A stretch of DNA of 21,873 bases, from contig JAEOTC010000207.1 in the NCBI GenBank assembly GCA_016840035.1, forward strand, positions 1 to 21,873, in the 5' to 3' direction. Position numbers and translations under genes: made by a program. Position 1 is the first letter of the stretch, and each line of letters opens with the position of its first letter. This DNA comes from Candidatus Hodarchaeota archaeon (GTDB taxonomy: Archaea; Asgardarchaeota; Heimdallarchaeia; Hodarchaeales; Hodarchaeaceae). Positions 17,211 to 21,873 of this stretch are shown piece by piece. The notes under the pieces were generated by a model. That model was not told the origin of the DNA. It did no database searches and was given only the letters and a program-made list of their open reading frames with translations.

Positions 17211-17728
17211 ACCTTTTCTGTCTCCTATAAAGTGATTATAATTCCTTGTATGAGAATAAACGGATGAATACAATCCGTTGAGTATTCGTCGTCAGTACTA
17301 GAAACACCGTAATGATACAGGAAAGGTAATTCGCTCGAGAGTAATAAGCTTTTCGAAAACTGAAAACGAATCCTTTGAATTAATCTCCCCTTTTCCCTTT
17401 AAATCTAGAGATTAACGTATAATTCTCCACCCCGCACTTCCTACTTTTTTTTCAATAGCTTATTGCGAGTAAAAGTGATTTTTCGTGAAGAGAGTCTAAT
17501 TCATATGATATAAGGCTACAGTTCGTATTGAGATATTACGATCTTATTGACAATTCTGTAAAAATCAAAATAATATGACAAATCGTGGTGTTATCCACAA
17601 ATTTGATTAAGTATTAGGAATGAACACCTATCTGAAATTGAGAAAATTTAAAATTACCACATTCTGTAATAGAGTCATTGGAGATTTATGATAGGAATTT
17701 TATGCAAACTCAGTCAAAATGTGATAAA

Positions 17729-19009
17729 ATGGATGCCATAATTTTAACAGCTGGGAAAGGTACGCGTCTTCTACCACTAACAAAACAATTACCTAAGCCT
17801 TTATTCCCAATTGCAGGACGACCACTGCTTTGTAATATCCTAGACTCATTTTCCACTAAAATAAGTAGAGTTACTATTGTGGTCGGACATGAAAAGGAGC
17901 AAATAATTGAGAGAATTGAAAGTGAATCATATCACTTTGAGATAAATTGGGTCACTCAAGAAGTTCAGAGGGGCACTGGCCACGCTATTCAACAGTGTAA
18001 ACACCATATTAAAACAGATCAATTTCTAATGATGTATGGTGATATATTTGTGAGTCAACAAACCATTCAAAACGTAATCAATTTTCCTTTATCCACTGGA
18101 GATTTGAACGGAATGATTTCCACCTTCGAGGTCGACACGCCAGAAAACTATGGATGTTTGGAAATTTTAAACGATAAGCTAGTTCACATCTGGGAAAAAA
18201 AGCCTAATCCTCCAAGTAATTTCATTAACGCTGGAATCATGATCCTCCCTATAACGATTTTTTCTATTCTAGACAAGATAAAAGAGTCAGAGAGAGGAGA
18301 AATCGAATTAACTGATGGAATAAATGAGCTTGTGAAGCAAAATCATCCTTTTGGCATATATTCTATAATTGATTACTGGATAGATACTGGATATCCTTGG
18401 GATATTCTTGCAGCAAATGCTTTGGCTCTTAAACGTCTTCGAAAAGATCCTGAATATACTCCACCAAGTGGTGTGACAATCAAAGGACCTGTAAGTATTG
18501 CAGATTCTGTTATACTCCGTCCAGGAACATTTATCCAAGGCCCAGTAATCATTGATGAAAATTCGACCATTGGACCCAATTGTTTCTTACGAGAAGGGAG
18601 TTATATTGGAAAAAATGTTCGAATTGGAAATGCAGTAGAAGTAAAAAATAGTATTATCCTTGATGGCACAACAATCGGTCATTTAAGCTATTTGGGTGAT
18701 TCTATTATTGGAAGGAATTGTAATTTCGGTGCTGGGACAAAAGTGGCTAATTTAAAATTAAATAATTCAGCAATCTCAATGGAAATTCAAGGCAAACGAA
18801 TCAACAGTGGAAAAAGGAAATTAGGTGTAATCATGGGGGATAATGTTAAAACAGGTATTAACGTTTCAATTATGCCAGGAATTCTTATTGGAGAAAACTC
18901 ACACATTGGTGCACATACTCTTATATCTATGAATATACCCGCAAACAGTCTTTCCTTTTATGATCCCGAGAGTGGCCGTTTAATCTTGAAAGAATCCAAT
19001 CAGGGTTAG
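17729..19009 (+). CDS. glmU: Archaeal bifunctional sugar-1-phosphate nucleotidylyltransferase/acetyltransferase (GlmU-type)
   Basis: AIILTAGKGTRLLPLT..PKPL, GTGHA, YGD, EKK, SERGEIELTD, WIDTGYPWDIL, then left-handed beta-helix hexapeptide repeats with GNAVEVKNS, HLSYLGDS and GKRKLG...GDNVKTGIN. ATG 17729 is the likely start; the ORF track start is 17678. Confidence 0.9.
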   Translation: MDAIILTAGKGTRLLPLTKQLPKPLFPIAGRPLLCNILDSFSTKISRVTIVVGHEKEQIIERIESESYHFEINWVTQEVQRGTGHAIQQCKHHIKTDQFLMMYGDIFVSQQTIQNVINFPLSTGDLNGMISTFEVDTPENYGCLEILNDKLVHIWEKKPNPPSNFINAGIMILPITIFSILDKIKESERGEIELTDGINELVKQNHPFGIYSIIDYWIDTGYPWDILAANALALKRLRKDPEYTPPSGVTIKGPVSIADSVILRPGTFIQGPVIIDENSTIGPNCFLREGSYIGKNVRIGNAVEVKNSIILDGTTIGHLSYLGDSIIGRNCNFGAGTKVANLKLNNSAISMEIQGKRINSGKRKLGVIMGDNVKTGINVSIMPGILIGENSHIGAHTLISMNIPANSLSFYDPESGRLILKESNQG

Positions 19010-19016
19010 AACGAGA

Positions 19017-20489
19017 ATGAAGACTAAATGGGTTGAAGAAATCAATGTATTTCAGAAACCAAGCAGACTAGTTAATTGGAGAATTGGTCTTGTTTATCCA
19101 AACTCATATTCGGTAGGAATGTCAGGTTTATCTGTGAAATTACTTTATCACCTATTAAACCAGCATCAGAATATATACACTGAACGAATATTTAACCCAA
19201 AAGAAAAAACAGTAGTCCCTGTATCTTTGGAGACGCAAACCACGTTACATCGTTTCAATATCTTAGCTTTTTCATTCCAATTCGAATTAGACTACATAAA
19301 CGCCATTAAAATGTTACAACTATCGAAAATTCCACTTTATACTAAGGATAGAACTAATACTCATCCACTTCTTATCGCAGGGGGCCCTGCAGTTACTGCG
19401 AATCCAAGACCGATATTTAATTTCTTCGATTTTGTGTTTGTTGGAGAATTTGAGTCAGTAGCCGATAGATTTCTAAACTCAATTTATGACAGTAGGGAAA
19501 CTACAATCCATGATTCAATAACCGAAATTCCTGGTTTCTATCATTCAGAGAATTACAATGATTATGTAACACCTGTTGTGACAGATAGCTTGGATAGTGT
19601 CAAATACCCTACTGCTCAAGTAAGACCCTTATATAGCGAACCACAGAAGAAAGGTAGTCTAGATGGCTACTTTTTACAAGTTTCTCGTGGGTGTCCTCAT
19701 GGTTGTCACTATTGTCTGATCGGAAAGTTATTTCGACCACACAGAGAAAGAAATATAGAAAATTTAAAGCAATTGATTGAAAAAGGTAGTATTGAAACCC
19801 AGTCAGATTATTTTTCATTAATTGGTTCAAGTACAGCAGATTATAGTGAAATTGGGGATCTTATATCTTATTTTTTAGAGAAACGATTACGATTTACTCT
19901 TCCAAGTATCCGTGTCGATAGTGGGGAAGAGATTTTATCTCTCATCGCACAATCAGGCCAAAAATCTCTGACTATTGCCCCGGAAGCAGGAGCAGAAAAC
20001 ACACGGTACTCTATTGGAAAGAGGATTACGAATTCCCAGATTTTTTCATTTGCATCCCAAGCCAATACATTTGGAATCTCTCAATTAAAAACATATTTTA
20101 TTCTTGGTTTAACCTCAGATGTAGAGAATGAGGTTAAATCAATCTCAGAATTAATGAATACGCTAAAACTTAAGAATTCAAATATGAAGTTTAATGTGTC
20201 TGTCACTCCTTTAATTCCAAAAAAGGGAACCAAACTTGAAAAACAGAAAGTTGATTATGCTTCGATATCTGAAGGAACAAAGCTCCTTAAGGGAAACTTA
20301 AACCAGAAATTGAATTTTAAGGCATTTCCTACTCGGTGGGCAGCAATTCAAGCAATCATTTCCCTGGGGGGGAAGGAATTAAGCTCGATAATGGAGGAGG
20401 TAGCAATTCAGAACGGATCATATCAGTCATGGAAACGTGTTTTAGGGATGGAACCAGCGCAATATTACCAAGAGAAGATCTGTGATTGA
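19017..20489 (+). CDS. Radical SAM enzyme with N-terminal B12-binding-like domain, function unknown
   Basis: CxxxCxxC motif SRGCPHGCHYC, N-terminal YPNSYSVGMSGL, FSFQFELD, IAGGPAVTANP, LPSIRVD, TIAPEAG and YFILGL. Confidence 0.9.
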   Translation: MKTKWVEEINVFQKPSRLVNWRIGLVYPNSYSVGMSGLSVKLLYHLLNQHQNIYTERIFNPKEKTVVPVSLETQTTLHRFNILAFSFQFELDYINAIKMLQLSKIPLYTKDRTNTHPLLIAGGPAVTANPRPIFNFFDFVFVGEFESVADRFLNSIYDSRETTIHDSITEIPGFYHSENYNDYVTPVVTDSLDSVKYPTAQVRPLYSEPQKKGSLDGYFLQVSRGCPHGCHYCLIGKLFRPHRERNIENLKQLIEKGSIETQSDYFSLIGSSTADYSEIGDLISYFLEKRLRFTLPSIRVDSGEEILSLIAQSGQKSLTIAPEAGAENTRYSIGKRITNSQIFSFASQANTFGISQLKTYFILGLTSDVENEVKSISELMNTLKLKNSNMKFNVSVTPLIPKKGTKLEKQKVDYASISEGTKLLKGNLNQKLNFKAFPTRWAAIQAIISLGGKELSSIMEEVAIQNGSYQSWKRVLGMEPAQYYQEKICD

Positions 20490-20500
20490 AACTTAGATAC

Positions 20501-21871
20501 TTATCTGGAATCTAGTTCAATGAATGTTTTTGCATCTCTTAGATATCTAACAACATCCTTTATATTGGATATTGGTGATACATCTACACTTTCAACGCGT
20601 CTTTGTCTTATTCTGTTAAGTAATTCTTCAGCTAATTTGAAAATTCTGGGAACTTTTGCTTTTTTCTCTGATGTAAGATCAAGAAGTAAGTCTTCAGCTT
20701 CATACATTTTCCCCTGGGCCATGAGAAGTATAGCTGTTAGCCACTTCCCTTTTGCTACCCGTGGTGCATCAGTAATATTTTGAAGACCCGATTCAATTGT
20801 CTTTTGGGCAGTTGTGAGAATGCTAACATCCTCTGAAATCCGATATTCATATAAATATCCTTCAGTGAGCGCAAATAATACCGAAGAACGAATTTCTTTA
20901 CACATGTCTGAATTTGCTAAGACATTTTCCAAAATGCTTCTCGCTAATCCAATATTATGTCGATTTAACTCGAATTTTCCTTTGATGTATTGAAAATAAA
21001 GCGCACCACAATCACTGAATTCGTTCTCGTCAAGCTTTGATAAGAAAATTTCCGCATCATCTTGTTTATTTAGATCGAGCAAGATTTCTGCATATTTTAG
21101 CTCATAGTGATATTTAAGCTTATGAGTGAGGAATTCGGTGGCAATTTCTAATCCTTTTTTAGCATAATTTAGCGCAGATTCATTATTCAGAAGAAGAAAC
21201 GCAATATATGCCAATCCAAATTCAGCTCTTGCTTGATACATACTGTTGTTGAAAACCTTAGCTACTGTTTGCAGTTTAGAAAAAGTTTCACCTGCACTAT
21301 CAAGTTCTCCACATTCAATCTGCATTTGAGCTAATTGTGATAAAGGATACACAGCGAGTGGCCCAGGATGCTCCTGATCAGGTGTTAAATCATTCGCTAC
21401 GTTCAGCGCTTTAATAAAATACTTCCGTGCACTTCCAATACCCGACTTCATGCCTAGAAAGTTTGCATAATTAGTATAGGCAATTATTAATCTATGCCTT
21501 GCATCAATTTCTTTTAGATGTTTGAATGCAGACATGGCATTGTGAAGGTGGGAAGCTTCATCATCAGTGTGTGAAAGGAGTGTGTAGGTAAGGGCAGAGT
21601 CCAAATTGTTCCCAGTCTTCAGTATAGCCGAGAGAAGCTCCTCTCGCTCTTTCATATCAAGATTTTTCTTCTTCTTGTTTACGAATAGGTAAATTGGAAT
21701 TAATTTCGGATATTTAGAGATAGGATCAGTCGAGTCAATTTCGACTAGGTCTTGGATTTCATTAAACAAAGAAACTAACTTTTCATGGTTATCATAATTA
21801 TTCAATATGAGAGAGTACGGAGTACTTATCTCTATAATTGCCTCCCGATCCAATTTGAGCTTTAAATCTTT
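20501..21871 (-). CDS. Tetratricopeptide-repeat-like helical protein, possibly 5'-truncated by the window edge
   Basis: TPR-like repeats (AYTNYANF...ARKYFIKAL; LSQLAQMQIECGELDSA; FGLAYIAF...ALNYAKKGL; AILLMAQGKMYEAE). The frame stays open upstream of TTG 21853 to the window end (KDLKLK-LDRE). Confidence 0.8.
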   Translation of the reverse strand, partial: KDLKLKLDREAIIEISTPYSLILNNYDNHEKLVSLFNEIQDLVEIDSTDPISKYPKLIPIYLFVNKKKKNLDMKEREELLSAILKTGNNLDSALTYTLLSHTDDEASHLHNAMSAFKHLKEIDARHRLIIAYTNYANFLGMKSGIGSARKYFIKALNVANDLTPDQEHPGPLAVYPLSQLAQMQIECGELDSAGETFSKLQTVAKVFNNSMYQARAEFGLAYIAFLLLNNESALNYAKKGLEIATEFLTHKLKYHYELKYAEILLDLNKQDDAEIFLSKLDENEFSDCGALYFQYIKGKFELNRHNIGLARSILENVLANSDMCKEIRSSVLFALTEGYLYEYRISEDVSILTTAQKTIESGLQNITDAPRVAKGKWLTAILLMAQGKMYEAEDLLLDLTSEKKAKVPRIFKLAEELLNRIRQRRVESVDVSPISNIKDVVRYLRDAKTFIELDSR

Positions 21872-21873
21872 GA

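Noticed and set aside
17585-17599. Perfect DnaA-box 9-mer TTATCCACA (17591-17599) within a short GTGG-N6-CCAC inverted repeat
   Set aside because: It is a single copy in an archaeal context without DnaA, which is compatible with chance.
17274-17728. Possible tRNA or structured RNA in the long divergent intergenic region
   Set aside because: No cloverleaf, T-loop motif or extended GC-rich stems were found by eye. It is more simply a bidirectional promoter region.
2403-20783. The short (60-104 aa) antisense or overlapping ORFs in the track, e.g. 4019-4333, 10625-10870, 14236-15898, 16451-16663, 18308-18579, 19609-20065, 20520-20783
   Set aside because: They lie within or largely overlap well-supported long genes (15683-15898 only partly) and have no recognisable motifs, so they were treated as shadow ORFs.

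Overview
AT-rich archaeal chromosomal window. It is probably from an Asgard archaeon, an inference from the Rad51-type Walker A (GEFRTGKT) in RadA and the TPR and Zn-ribbon proteins. From left to right: the 5' end of a probable tRNA-binding (COG2517-like) gene and radA on the minus strand, then a divergent, tightly packed ~11.2 kb plus-strand run. That run encodes an archaeal type IV pilus system (five pilin-like proteins, a secretion ATPase, two TadC/ArlJ-type platform proteins and a coiled-coil accessory protein). It ends, 7 nt after the last pilin gene, in a full-length but highly diverged homologue of the DNA polymerase D large subunit (DP2). In this DP2 the invariant catalytic motif KRRNCDGDED reads KSRSCNGVSD, so both catalytic aspartates are gone, while the reading frame and zinc fingers are intact. 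The main candidate discovery is a pilus operon carrying a catalytically dead PolD subunit, head-to-head with radA, possibly a DNA uptake, exchange or repair system. The rest of the window holds a CBS-pair/Zn-ribbon protein, Rqc2/NEMF, a membrane Zn-ribbon protein, an orphan helical protein, GlmU, a radical SAM enzyme and a 5'-truncated TPR protein. No RNA genes, CRISPR arrays or mobile elements were recognised. All family assignments are by-eye motif recognition, not database results.
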